From an uncultured Mycoplasmatota bacterium (lineage in GTDB: Bacteria; Bacillota_I; Bacilli_A; RF39; UBA660): a stretch of 64,000 nucleotides of DNA. Shown here piece after piece: positions 49,991-59,123 of this stretch; position 1 is the first letter of the stretch; the number at the start of each line of letters is the position of its first letter. Position numbers and translations under genes: made by a program. Below the pieces are notes generated by a model. It did not search any database and was not told where the DNA came from. It was given only the letters and a program-made list of their open reading frames with translations. The DNA lies in contig CANSFI010000005.1 in assembly GCA_947646095.1 (NCBI GenBank), positions 6,703-70,702 on the forward strand, written 5' to 3'.

Positions 49991-50142
49991 GTTCAAATAA
50001 TGTAACAAAGTCTCCTGTTCCTCCTACAAATGCTCCTTGCATAGCAGCAAATGCAATACTAGTATCAATAACTAAATCTTGCTTAGGGTCAATACCATTT
50101 TCTTTTAATGCCCATTCTAATGTCATTTCTGGCATTCCACCT
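49991..50142 (-). pseudogene. ABC substrate-binding protein, middle fragment between elements A and B
   Basis: Manual reverse translation gives GGMPEMTLEWALKENGIDPKQDLVIDTSIAFAAMQGAFVGGTGDFVTLFE. It bridges ...GGRKG (62647..) and PNALQVEK... (..43341). Confidence 0.85.
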
Positions 50143-50165
50143 CATCGGATACCAAACTTATAATG
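50139..50165. repeat. left junction of element B: core ACCT plus terminal inverted repeat
   Basis: ACCT is at 50139-50142 and again at 62643-62646. CATCGGATACCAAACTTATAATG (50143-50165) matches the reverse complement of 62621-62642 at about 18 of 22 positions. Confidence 0.75.
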
Positions 50166-50235
50166 TAAAAAATGCTTATAAAATAAGGGAAAGGTAAAAC
50201 ACATTAACAATAGTTTTTATAAAAATGGTGGAAAA

Positions 50236-51036
50236 ATGGCAAAAAGTAAGTTAGGTATGTCTAGTTTTGATATAGACATCAAGTTTAAGAATAAAGAGGA
50301 AGCACGAAGATATGCGAAAAGAGTACTAGAAAAAATAAGGTATATATGTAATAAAAAGAATTGGTCGGCTACAGCAATGGTATGTATTAGTAATACAAAA
50401 GGTAATAGCACTTATGTACATTATGAACATAATGGAAAGGTTGGTCGTCCTAAAAGGGTAAAAGAAATACACCCTCATAAAAGCAATATAGAGGTCGGTT
50501 GGCACTTACATATTATTATGGCATCAAAACCTTATCATTCATTTAGAGATGAATTAAAAGCATACTTTGATAAGAATTGGTTGGGTTGGAAGAAAAATGT
50601 TAACTTTGATATTACTAAACTATATGGGAAAGGAACATATAAAAAGAATACTAATATTAAAAAAGCGGAATATTTTATTAACCAAGAAGATGAAACATTG
50701 TTTTGTACTTACAATAGTAAAGAGGAGATAGTTATTCCAAAAGGTTATACTTTGAAAGATTTACATAATGCTTATATAAATATGATGACAGCAAGAAGAT
50801 ATGCTAGAACTTATGGAAATGAAAAAAGATTAGCATTAGAAGAAGAATATTATAAGATTGCAGACTTTTATTGGAACATAACAAAGGAACAAGATAAAAA
50901 AATGGTTGATAAGTTTATGAAACAAGCACAGTTAATTAAGATACAAGATAACTACGATATGAGGGAGAAAAATAATAAAGTACAGGAAAATATGAGTTTA
51001 CGCCGAAGAATTGTGGAAGAAAATAGCCCATTTTAA
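50236..51036 (+). CDS. HUH / Y1-transposase-like (IS200/IS605 TnpA-fold) domain protein with C-terminal extension
   Basis: GWHLHIIMASKPYHSFRDELKAYF is an H-u-H motif in the TnpA_IS200 context. KKAEYFINQ resembles the catalytic YIxxQ helix. Confidence 0.35.
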   Translation: MAKSKLGMSSFDIDIKFKNKEEARRYAKRVLEKIRYICNKKNWSATAMVCISNTKGNSTYVHYEHNGKVGRPKRVKEIHPHKSNIEVGWHLHIIMASKPYHSFRDELKAYFDKNWLGWKKNVNFDITKLYGKGTYKKNTNIKKAEYFINQEDETLFCTYNSKEEIVIPKGYTLKDLHNAYINMMTARRYARTYGNEKRLALEEEYYKIADFYWNITKEQDKKMVDKFMKQAQLIKIQDNYDMREKNNKVQENMSLRRRIVEENSPF

Positions 51037-51098
51037 AAGAAATTAAGTAAAAAGTATTAGTAATTATTACCCTCATATAATATACACATATATAATAC

Positions 51099-51181
51099 TA
51101 TATTGATATTAGAATGATATATAGAATAGGACTAGATTAAGAAGATATAAAGTAATATGAGGTGTATATATTGATATTAGA
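51099..51181. repeat. 15-bp perfect direct repeat TATATTGATATTAGA x2
   Basis: Copies at 51099-51113 and 51167-51181, in the intergenic region between convergent genes. Confidence 0.7.
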
Positions 51182-51278
51182 TTTAGGGGTAAAGATAATA
51201 TTGTTAGAAATGAATAACAGTATAGTTCAAGGTAAAATAAAAATGCCATACATTTAAATCATATATAGCATTACAAGT

Positions 51279-51608
51279 TTAATTATCCTTTAAACCATCA
51301 ATGTAGCCCTCTACTTTTGCTTTATTAGTAGTAGATAATGAATTGATTTTATTTAGTAAGATAAAATCGGTATTGGAAATATTATTAGGTTTTACATCAT
51401 CAATAGGCATATTGTATTTAGTTCTACAAAGTAAATAATCAATAGAAGTATTGTAGTAGTTAGCAAGTTTAATAAGCATATCGGAACTTGGAAATACTCT
51501 ACCTGTCTCATAAGAAGATATAGTTTCTTGGGTAATATTTAAATCCATAGCCACTTTTGTTTGTAGTAAGTTTTTAGAGTTTCGTATTTGCTTTAAATTA
51601 TTTTCCAT
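51279..51608 (-). CDS. XRE-family HTH regulator
   Basis: LLQTKVAMDLNITQETISSYETGRVFPS. Confidence 0.75.
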   Translation of the reverse strand: MENNLKQIRNSKNLLQTKVAMDLNITQETISSYETGRVFPSSDMLIKLANYYNTSIDYLLCRTKYNMPIDDVKPNNISNTDFILLNKINSLSTTNKAKVEGYIDGLKDN

Positions 51609-51730
51609 ATATATCGCCCTCCTCTATATATAATTGTAAAGATATTAAAAATTAGTGATAGCAATATTAGTTATATTTATATGTCTTAAATTATATAAAA
51701 TGTGTTATAATGATATTGGTGATTTTATAT

Positions 51731-52633
51731 ATGGAACTTGGAAAATTAGAAAAAATAGAATTAAGAGAAGTTTGGAGGCACGAAGCATTGGATTTTACAA
51801 GGTGGTTAGCTAGAAAAGAAAATATTGCTTTGCTAAGTAAAGAGGTAGGCATTGATATTGAGGTTATAGAAACAGAAATGAGTGTTGGAAGGTATAATGT
51901 TGATATTTATGCAAGAGATACAGAAAGTAATAAAAGAATAGTTATTGAAAACCAATTAGAAAATACTAACCACGACCATTTAGGGAAAATGTTAGTATAT
52001 GCTGCTGGTTTAGATGCCGATATTGCTATATGGGTAGTAAAAGATGTGAATGAAGAACATAGACAAGCAGTTGAATGGTTAAACGATAATAGTTTTGAAA
52101 AGATAAATATATTTTTAGTAAAAGTGGAATTGTGGCAAATAGATAATTCTCCTATTGCTCCTAAGTTTCAAGTAATATGTGAACCTAATAATTGGGCGAA
52201 AGTATTAAAACAGCAATCAAAAGATAATATAAGCGATTTAGAATTAAAACAAATGGAATATTGGCAAGGGTTTGTTGATTATGCAAAAAGTAAAGATAAA
52301 ACATATATTAGTCAACGACCATCAATTTATAATTGGTATGTTATTCGTATTGGCTCAAGCGATTATAAAATTAAATTAGTTCATAGTGTTAATAGCGATA
52401 TGATAAGGTGTCAATTAGAAATATTTAATGATGATATTTATAAAAAGTTGGAACAATATAAAAATGAAATAGATAGTAAGATAAATGGCTTAGAGTGGGA
52501 ATATTTAGAAGATAGAAAAGTTAATAGGATTAGTTGCAGTAATAATAGTAAAGATAATGATAGTTCCTATGTATGGTTGTTAGATATGGTTGATAGATTT
52601 AAAGAGGTATTTCTAGAATATTTGTATAAGTAA
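51731..52633 (+). CDS. PD-(D/E)XK-like nuclease-fold / DUF4268-type protein
   Basis: ELREVWRHEALDFTRWL...VDIYARD...IVIENQLENTNHDHLGKMLVYAAG...IWVV..EHRQAVEWLN matches my memory of the DUF4268 family. ATG 51731 follows GGTGA. Confidence 0.5.
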   Translation: MELGKLEKIELREVWRHEALDFTRWLARKENIALLSKEVGIDIEVIETEMSVGRYNVDIYARDTESNKRIVIENQLENTNHDHLGKMLVYAAGLDADIAIWVVKDVNEEHRQAVEWLNDNSFEKINIFLVKVELWQIDNSPIAPKFQVICEPNNWAKVLKQQSKDNISDLELKQMEYWQGFVDYAKSKDKTYISQRPSIYNWYVIRIGSSDYKIKLVHSVNSDMIRCQLEIFNDDIYKKLEQYKNEIDSKINGLEWEYLEDRKVNRISCSNNSKDNDSSYVWLLDMVDRFKEVFLEYLYK

Positions 52634-52765
52634 GTTTAACGGCGATATTAGGTAAGTTTGGTAGAAATAATATAAATATATTGAGTTAACGAAAAAATAG
52701 TAATAATGCTGAGATAATCGGGAAATAAAGAGGAATAAGTTTTGAAATAGAAAGAGGTATAAGAA

Positions 52766-53368
52766 ATGCAAGATTTATTTTATATGTTATTAGGGGTTGC
52801 AGTTGTAGTATTACCTATTTACTTAATTGTTAAAGCAGTTAAGAATAGAGGTAATAAAGATAAGGTAGTTAAAGATAACTCTATTAAACAAAAAGAGGTA
52901 AAACAAGAAGTAGTTAAAGAAAAGAAAGTAAAAGTGTTGAAATTAAAAGATATTAAACATATTGAGGGTATAAGCAGTTTGCGAGAAGAACAAGATTGTG
53001 CTTTAAATGTAGATGATGAGGTATTAACTGTTATATCGGAAATTGGTAATTTTAATATATCATTAGATAGAATTGTAAATGCAGGTTTAATGAGTAAAAA
53101 GGAAATGGATACTAAAAACAAAAATGTATTTGCAAGATCGTTGGTTGGTGGTATGGTTGGCTTAGGTGCATTAGGAGCAATATCAGGGATAGGTCAAAAA
53201 GTAAAGAATTATTACAATTACTTTTTAGTAATAATTTATAAGGATAAAAACAGCGAAGAAATGAAATCACTTGTATTTGGCTTAGGTAAATATGATGGTA
53301 TGGGTCAGTTGTTTGTAAATAAATTAACGAAAAGATTAAGTACTGAAAAAGTAAACATTGATTTATAG
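52766..53368 (+). CDS. membrane protein with N-terminal TM segment, Lys-rich linker and glycine-zipper segment
   Basis: TM segment LLGVAVVVLPIYLIV and glycine zipper LVGGMVGLGALGAISGIG. It has its own terminator. Confidence 0.5.
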   Translation: MQDLFYMLLGVAVVVLPIYLIVKAVKNRGNKDKVVKDNSIKQKEVKQEVVKEKKVKVLKLKDIKHIEGISSLREEQDCALNVDDEVLTVISEIGNFNISLDRIVNAGLMSKKEMDTKNKNVFARSLVGGMVGLGALGAISGIGQKVKNYYNYFLVIIYKDKNSEEMKSLVFGLGKYDGMGQLFVNKLTKRLSTEKVNIDL

Positions 53369-53385
53369 CAGTATATAGTAGTTCT

Positions 53386-53435
53386 AAGGTAATTTGATAT
53401 AGTTTTGTATAGATTATATTGAATTACCTTTTTTA
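53386..53435 (+). terminator. rho-independent terminator (long loop)
   Basis: Stem AAGGTAATT / AATTACCTT plus a T-run. Confidence 0.45.
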
Positions 53436-53503
53436 ATGAAATATACGAGGAATAAGTAGGTTTTTATAGAGATTTAATATATAATTAAGTTAGGTGGTAT
53501 GCT

Positions 53504-54013
53504 ATGGGGAGTTTAAATATAGTAAGTGGAAACATATTAGAGCATTTAAAAGATAAAGATTTAATAGTAAATAGTGCTAATCAATATATGATTTATGGTA
53601 GTGGTGTCTGTGGTACTATATATAAGAATGCGAATAAAGAATTGTTAAAAGATTATTGTAAACAGCATTATAGAGAGTATATGAACGTAAATGAGGTAAG
53701 AATAACACCTGGTTTTGATTTGGGGATAGATATATTACATATTTACTGCCCTAAGTATTATGAAATGAAATCTCCCCTACAAGATTTATTAGAAAGTTAT
53801 AATAATATATTCCTTTCGGCGAAAAAGAAAAGTTATAAAAGTATTGTGTCAGTTAGTTTAGGTACTGGGGTACACGGTTATAAACATAATGATATAGCAA
53901 AAGATATAGTTGTTAGATTAAATGAATTAGTAAAAGAATACGATATTGATTTTACATTGGTATTGCCAAGTGAAGAAACAAAGGAAATATATAGTAGTTT
54001 TCTAGAAGAATAA
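53504..54013 (+). CDS. macro-domain protein
   Basis: Macro motifs VNSANQYMIYGSGVCGTI, ITPGFDLGIDILHIYCP and SVSLGTGVHGY. Confidence 0.75.
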   Translation: MGSLNIVSGNILEHLKDKDLIVNSANQYMIYGSGVCGTIYKNANKELLKDYCKQHYREYMNVNEVRITPGFDLGIDILHIYCPKYYEMKSPLQDLLESYNNIFLSAKKKSYKSIVSVSLGTGVHGYKHNDIAKDIVVRLNELVKEYDIDFTLVLPSEETKEIYSSFLEE

Positions 54014-54048
54014 GGGTTTTTATAGTATAATATTTATTGGTGGTACTT

Positions 54049-55539
54049 ATGTTAGAAAGTATAGATATAGCATTAGCAAATATTTTATATGATGAAATAA
54101 ATGATTATAATTTTTCAAAGTTATATACAGATATATATAGTAACTACGATGAGAGATTAAAATACATTTTTTCTTATTTACATCAAAATCTTAATGAACT
54201 TATAAATTTTATGAATGATAAGAGTAAATCAAATAGTCATTATAATGCGAATGAAAGTCGAGAATTATTATTTATTATAGAAACTATCCAAGAATTACAA
54301 GCAATGCTTAAAAATACTAATTTGGATTTCAGTTTGAATGGGGATTATGAAAGGTTTTTAGAATATTCCGAGACATTTCTATCATCATCAGGTGGTAGTG
54401 AAATTCCAAATGATTATAAAAGATTTACAATAATTAAATATGAACCTATTTTTAGAATGAATAATGATGTAATTATAACGAACAACATAGGCATTACTAA
54501 TTTTAAAACTAAATTAATTGGTAATGGTGCTTATGCCAATGTTCTTTTATATACTGATGAATTTTATAACGAAAAATTTGCTATAAAGAGATTAAAAAAT
54601 AATGTTAGCGATAAAGAAAAAGTAAGATTTAAAAATGAATTTGAAATAATGAGTAAAATAAAACATCCTTATATATTAAAAGTTTATACTTACAACGAGA
54701 AAGATAATAGTTATATAATGGAATATTGTGATTTTACATTAAGAAAATATATTGAAGTAAATAATAATAAATCGGAATTTGATACTAAAAAGCGAAAAAA
54801 AATAGCAATACAATTTTTGATAGCACTAAATTATTTGCATTCTAAAAAAATTTTACATAGGGATATTAGTTATAATAATGTTTTGATAAAATTATATGAT
54901 AATGATATTTTGCTACTGAAATTGTCGGATTTCGGGTTGGTTAAAGACTTGGACTTAGAATTAACAAGAACCGAATCTGAGATTAGAGGAACTTTAATTG
55001 ATGATACATTGACTAGTTTTAAAGATTATAATGTAAAAAATGAAATATATAGTGTTGGTATGATTCTTTACTTTATTTTTACAGGAAGAACGCACCTAAA
55101 AGCCGATGATAGTAATATTTATAATATAGTTTCTAAATGTATAGATAGAGATTTACAAAAAAGATATAATAATATAAATGAAATTATTATAGATGTACAA
55201 AAAATTGGAAATATTGAAAGTAATATAAATGAGATTAGTACTGATTTTATAAGTGAAAAAGCAAAAAAAATATTATTTAGTTGTATTGATAAGGATGGCT
55301 TTATGTACACAGAAAATTCAAAGTATCAACAAGAATTTATTTGTGGTACATTGAAATTAAATTTTGGTGAAATATCTATAAGAGAAAAAGCCGAATGGAT
55401 TAGTGCCATAGAAGAATTAGAGAAAAAAGGTTATATAGTTGGTCATAAAGAAAATTCTAGTTTTTATGATGATGATTTTGATAATACTTATGAAGTTATG
55501 AAAAAAGGATTTGATTATTATGATAAACATAATAATTAA
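54049..55539 (+). CDS. Ser/Thr protein-kinase-domain protein with unknown N- and C-terminal domains
   Basis: G-loop GNGAYANV, catalytic Lys in FAIKRL, HRDISYNNVL and SDFGL. ATG 54049 follows GGTGG. Confidence 0.75.
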   Translation: MLESIDIALANILYDEINDYNFSKLYTDIYSNYDERLKYIFSYLHQNLNELINFMNDKSKSNSHYNANESRELLFIIETIQELQAMLKNTNLDFSLNGDYERFLEYSETFLSSSGGSEIPNDYKRFTIIKYEPIFRMNNDVIITNNIGITNFKTKLIGNGAYANVLLYTDEFYNEKFAIKRLKNNVSDKEKVRFKNEFEIMSKIKHPYILKVYTYNEKDNSYIMEYCDFTLRKYIEVNNNKSEFDTKKRKKIAIQFLIALNYLHSKKILHRDISYNNVLIKLYDNDILLLKLSDFGLVKDLDLELTRTESEIRGTLIDDTLTSFKDYNVKNEIYSVGMILYFIFTGRTHLKADDSNIYNIVSKCIDRDLQKRYNNINEIIIDVQKIGNIESNINEISTDFISEKAKKILFSCIDKDGFMYTENSKYQQEFICGTLKLNFGEISIREKAEWISAIEELEKKGYIVGHKENSSFYDDDFDNTYEVMKKGFDYYDKHNN

Positions 55540-55562
55540 TAAATAGATATGCGAGGTATAAG

Positions 55563-58088
55563 ATGGGATATATTAAAGCAAATTATGAATTAGCAACAAT
55601 GTATAAACAAATAATTGAAGAAAAAAAGAAATTTGGTAAATATCATAAAACAATATTTCATTTACATACTCCTGCTTCCCACGATTTTAGATTATTAAAT
55701 CATTTTAAATATACAAATTATTATAAAGAGTGTAGCGATGATGAAATATATAGTTATGCTAAAAGTGAATTGCCGATGTTAGACAGATTTAATTTTGATT
55801 TTGAAAATAATGATGATATAAAAATGTTTAATTCAAAGAAAGAATTTTTAGCATATTTATTAATTGCAAAGAAATTGGCTGACAATGATATTGAAGTAGT
55901 TTTAGTAACAGACCATAACAATATGAACGGTTATCAAAAATTGCTACAAGCAATTAAAATTTTAAACAATACAATAAAACAAAATACATATACAGAACTT
56001 ATTATGGGAATAGAAATTAGTTGTGCTGATAAAAATCACGTTGTTGGTATTTTTAGTGATAAGGATATTAATATAAATAAAAAAATTAATCAATGGTTAA
56101 AAGAATATATAATGAGCGAAGAAGAAGGAACATATTTAACCAGTTTGGAAGTTATTAAACAAATTGATGAATGGAAAGGAATTCCCTACATTGCTCACTT
56201 TGATAATTCGGATTTTTTTAAAGATTCTAAATTTTTAAATATTGCTTATAAGAAAAAGTTATTTAGTTTAGAAAATTTATGCGTTATTGGTCTTGCTAAT
56301 AAAGAAAATTTAGCAAAAATTTCAAATAGAATAAAAGATTATTCTGATAAAGATTTTTGCTATGTTATAGATGATGATTCACATTCATTAGAAGAAATAG
56401 GAAAAAATAGTTTTTGGTTAAAAGGAAATAATAGAAATTATAATATGGTTATAAGTGCTTTAAGAGATTATAATATTTGTATAGAGTATAATATTCCAAG
56501 AGTTCCACAAAAATATATTAAAGGATTAGTTATTAGAAACAATGGAAAAGGTTTCTTAAAAGGTAAAGATAATAAAGATTTTTGTATATCATTTTCAGAA
56601 TATTTAAATTGTTTTATCGGTGGAAGGGGCACAGGGAAAAGCACTATTATTAATATTATTGAATATACTATTCAGCAAGTGGTAAAAAATGAAAAAATGC
56701 TAGATTTAATTTGTAAGTATAGTTCTATTTGGTTACTTTTTCAAATAAATAATAGGGAATATATGATACAATTATATAATCCACAAAAAGAATATGAAGA
56801 CGACAGTATTTTAAAATGTTTTAGTCCATATAGCCAAAAATATAATTATAAATACAAATTTTATAATGAGCAAATAAAACAATTTTTATTAGAAAGATGC
56901 ATTACAGTTTATGAACTTAAAGAAAGTAAAGGAATTTTATACAGTAAACCAGTTAATAATAAAAGAAAGTATTTAGATGATGTATTTAGCACAGCATATT
57001 CTATAAATGAATTAGTTGAAACTTAAAATAGTAATGAAATAAATGACTATATTTACAATACCTTATTTAAAAATAAAATATTATCATCTGTAAAAAATAC
57101 TATACGCATTAAGTCGATTAATGGATTAAAGAAAAAATTACAAGAAGTTTCTAGCATTAAGGATTTAAGAAAAAAACAAGTAGAAGAAGTTGTAACTAAA
57201 TTTAATGATAGCCAAAAAGGAATATTACAAATTATTTATAAACAAGAAGAAAATAATTTAAATGTTTTGAATATAAAGGAATTGATTTCAAGAAAATATC
57301 CTATAAAGGATAATTATTATTATAAAAAGAAAAACATTTCTACTTTAAGCATAGTAGATTATTTAGAAGCTCTTAATGATAAACTTGGATTGGAGAAAAT
57401 GTTATTATTATTTATTAACAATAGTTATGAAGAATTAGAAAAGACTATGTCTATTAAAACTTTTTTAGAGGAAAAAAATCAAAAATTAATTGATAAGCAA
57501 ATTGAATTTATCAAAGATGATGAATTACTGAAGATTGTAGAATCTATTGTTAAAGATATTATAAATAACGATAATATTCCTACTATAGTTGATAGTTTAA
57601 GAAAATATATAAAAGAAATTGAAAGTTTTGATTTAGAATTCAATATAAATAATAAAGAGCAAAAAGACCAAAAAGTAATATATAAGAGTGTTAGGGAGCT
57701 TTCCCTAGGACAAAAGGTTGTTGCTATGCTGTCATTTGTTTTAGGATTTAGCGATTTTTCTGGTGATTATAGTCCTTTAGTTATAGACCAGCCAGAAGAT
57801 AATTTAGATAATCAATACATTTATAAAAATTTAGTACAAAAATTAAAGGAAATAAAATCAAAAAGACAAATAATTATTGCAACCCATAATGCTACTATTG
57901 TTACAAATGCTAAAGCTGAGCAAGTAATCATAATGGAATCTGATAATATTAATGGTTGGATAAAAACAACTGGATATCCAAATGAAAAAAATATAAAAAC
58001 ACATATTATTAACTATCTTGAGGGTGGAATAGAATCTTTCAAGCATAAGTATTTTATTTATAAAGAAGTAATAGATTATGAAAAATAA
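55563..58088 (+). pseudogene. PHP-domain plus ABC/SMC-like ATPase protein (Ppl-like), interrupted by one in-frame TAA
   Basis: PHP motifs FHLHTPASHD, VTDHNNM, GIEIS and IAHF. Walker A GGRGTGKST, signature-like SLGQKV, Walker [12 protein letters not shown], then ATHN. ORFs 55563..57026 and 57267..58088 share a frame, and the 240 nt between them has no further stop. Confidence 0.7.
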
Positions 58089-58116
58089 ATTTATGTTTAA
58101 AAAAGTATAGGTTTAT

Positions 58117-58152
58117 AAAGATTTAATTTGATTATGAATTAAGTCTTTTTTT
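58117..58152 (+). terminator. rho-independent terminator of the macro-kinase-PHP/ATPase operon
   Basis: 12-bp stem AAAGATTTAATT / AATTAAGTCTTT (one G-U pair) plus a T-run. Confidence 0.6.
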
Positions 58153-58280
58153 ATATTGTTAAGAGTTGTTTATTTGTTTTTTAAATATTTGGAAAGTTTT
58201 ACGACATTTTTAAAGAGAACGGCTCGTATCTTTTTTGAAAGTCATATATTATATATTTTATGGTAAGGAGGTGTCATAAA

Positions 58281-58511
58281 ATGAGAGAAGAAATATTAAG
58301 ACAAATAATTGTAGCAGTATGCGATGGATTTGTTGATACACTATTAACTGGTATTGAAGAATATGAAAAAGATTTTCCCTATACTATTGCCTGTGCTAAT
58401 TTTATAAGTGAGTTAAAAAGCAAAAATATATTAGTTAATTTTTATTCAATATTTGATAGTCATATTGTTGATATGATATTTAGAGAAACAAGTAATTATT
58501 TGGTGAGGTAG
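58281..58511 (+). CDS. hypothetical protein
   Basis: ATG lies 7 nt after AAGGAGGTG. Confidence 0.45.
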   Translation: MREEILRQIIVAVCDGFVDTLLTGIEEYEKDFPYTIACANFISELKSKNILVNFYSIFDSHIVDMIFRETSNYLVR

Positions 58512-58520
58512 GTTTAAAAT

Positions 58521-59123
58521 ATGGAAAGTAAAACTTTTGGCTATGGTAGAGTTAGTAGCAAAGAACAAAACGAGGAAAGACAATTAGTAGCGTTTAGAGA
58601 ATATGGAATTGATGAAAGAGATATTTATATTGATAAGCAAAGCGGTAAAGATTTTAATAGAGAAAATTATATTACATTAAAGCATATATTAAGAGAAAAC
58701 GATTTATTAGTTATTAAGAGTATAGATAGATTAGGAAGAAATTACTCACAGATTATTGAGGAGTGGCAAGATATTACTAAAAATATTAAAGCAGATATAG
58801 TTGTTATTGATATGCCCCTACTTGATACTAGGAAGAATAAAGATTTATTAGGTACATTTATTAGTGATTTAGTATTACAAATATTAAGTTATGTCGCCGA
58901 GCAAGAAAGAACATTTATAAAGCAAAGACAAAGCGAGGGAATTGATATAGCATTAAAAAATGGTACTAAAAGTGGAAAGCCTTTTGGCAGACCCAAAATT
59001 GAAAAACCACAAAATTTTGACATTGTGGTTAGTAAATGGAAAAATAAAGAAATTAAAAGTAAAGAGGCAATGGAATTACTAGGGCTAAAACCTAATACCT
59101 TTTATAATATGGTTAATTCTTAG
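58521..59123 (+). CDS. small serine recombinase (resolvase/invertase)
   Basis: GYGRVSSKEQNEERQ, SIDRLGRN and a C-terminal HTH. 200 aa. Confidence 0.85.
   Translation: MESKTFGYGRVSSKEQNEERQLVAFREYGIDERDIYIDKQSGKDFNRENYITLKHILRENDLLVIKSIDRLGRNYSQIIEEWQDITKNIKADIVVIDMPLLDTRKNKDLLGTFISDLVLQILSYVAEQERTFIKQRQSEGIDIALKNGTKSGKPFGRPKIEKPQNFDIVVSKWKNKEIKSKEAMELLGLKPNTFYNMVNS

Larger units (their letters stand above)
43346..49994. mobile_element. ~6.6-kb integrative element A with a large serine recombinase, inserted in the SBP gene
   Basis: GTTC occurs at both junctions (43342-43345 and 49991-49994). Termini are imperfect inverted repeats TTAGTGCGAGAATAAGAAG (43348-43366) / CTTCATTCCCTTACACTAA (49972-49990). 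The LSR gene sits at the right end. Confidence 0.8.

Noticed and set aside
45121-57026. Alternative genetic code or programmed read-through to explain the RhuM break (TGA) and the PHP-ATPase TAA
   Set aside because: ligA, pcrA, VirB4, tet and the other long genes are intact under code 11. The RhuM TGA is followed at once by TAA in the same frame, so TGA=Trp would not rescue it. TAA read-through has no support in the sequence context.
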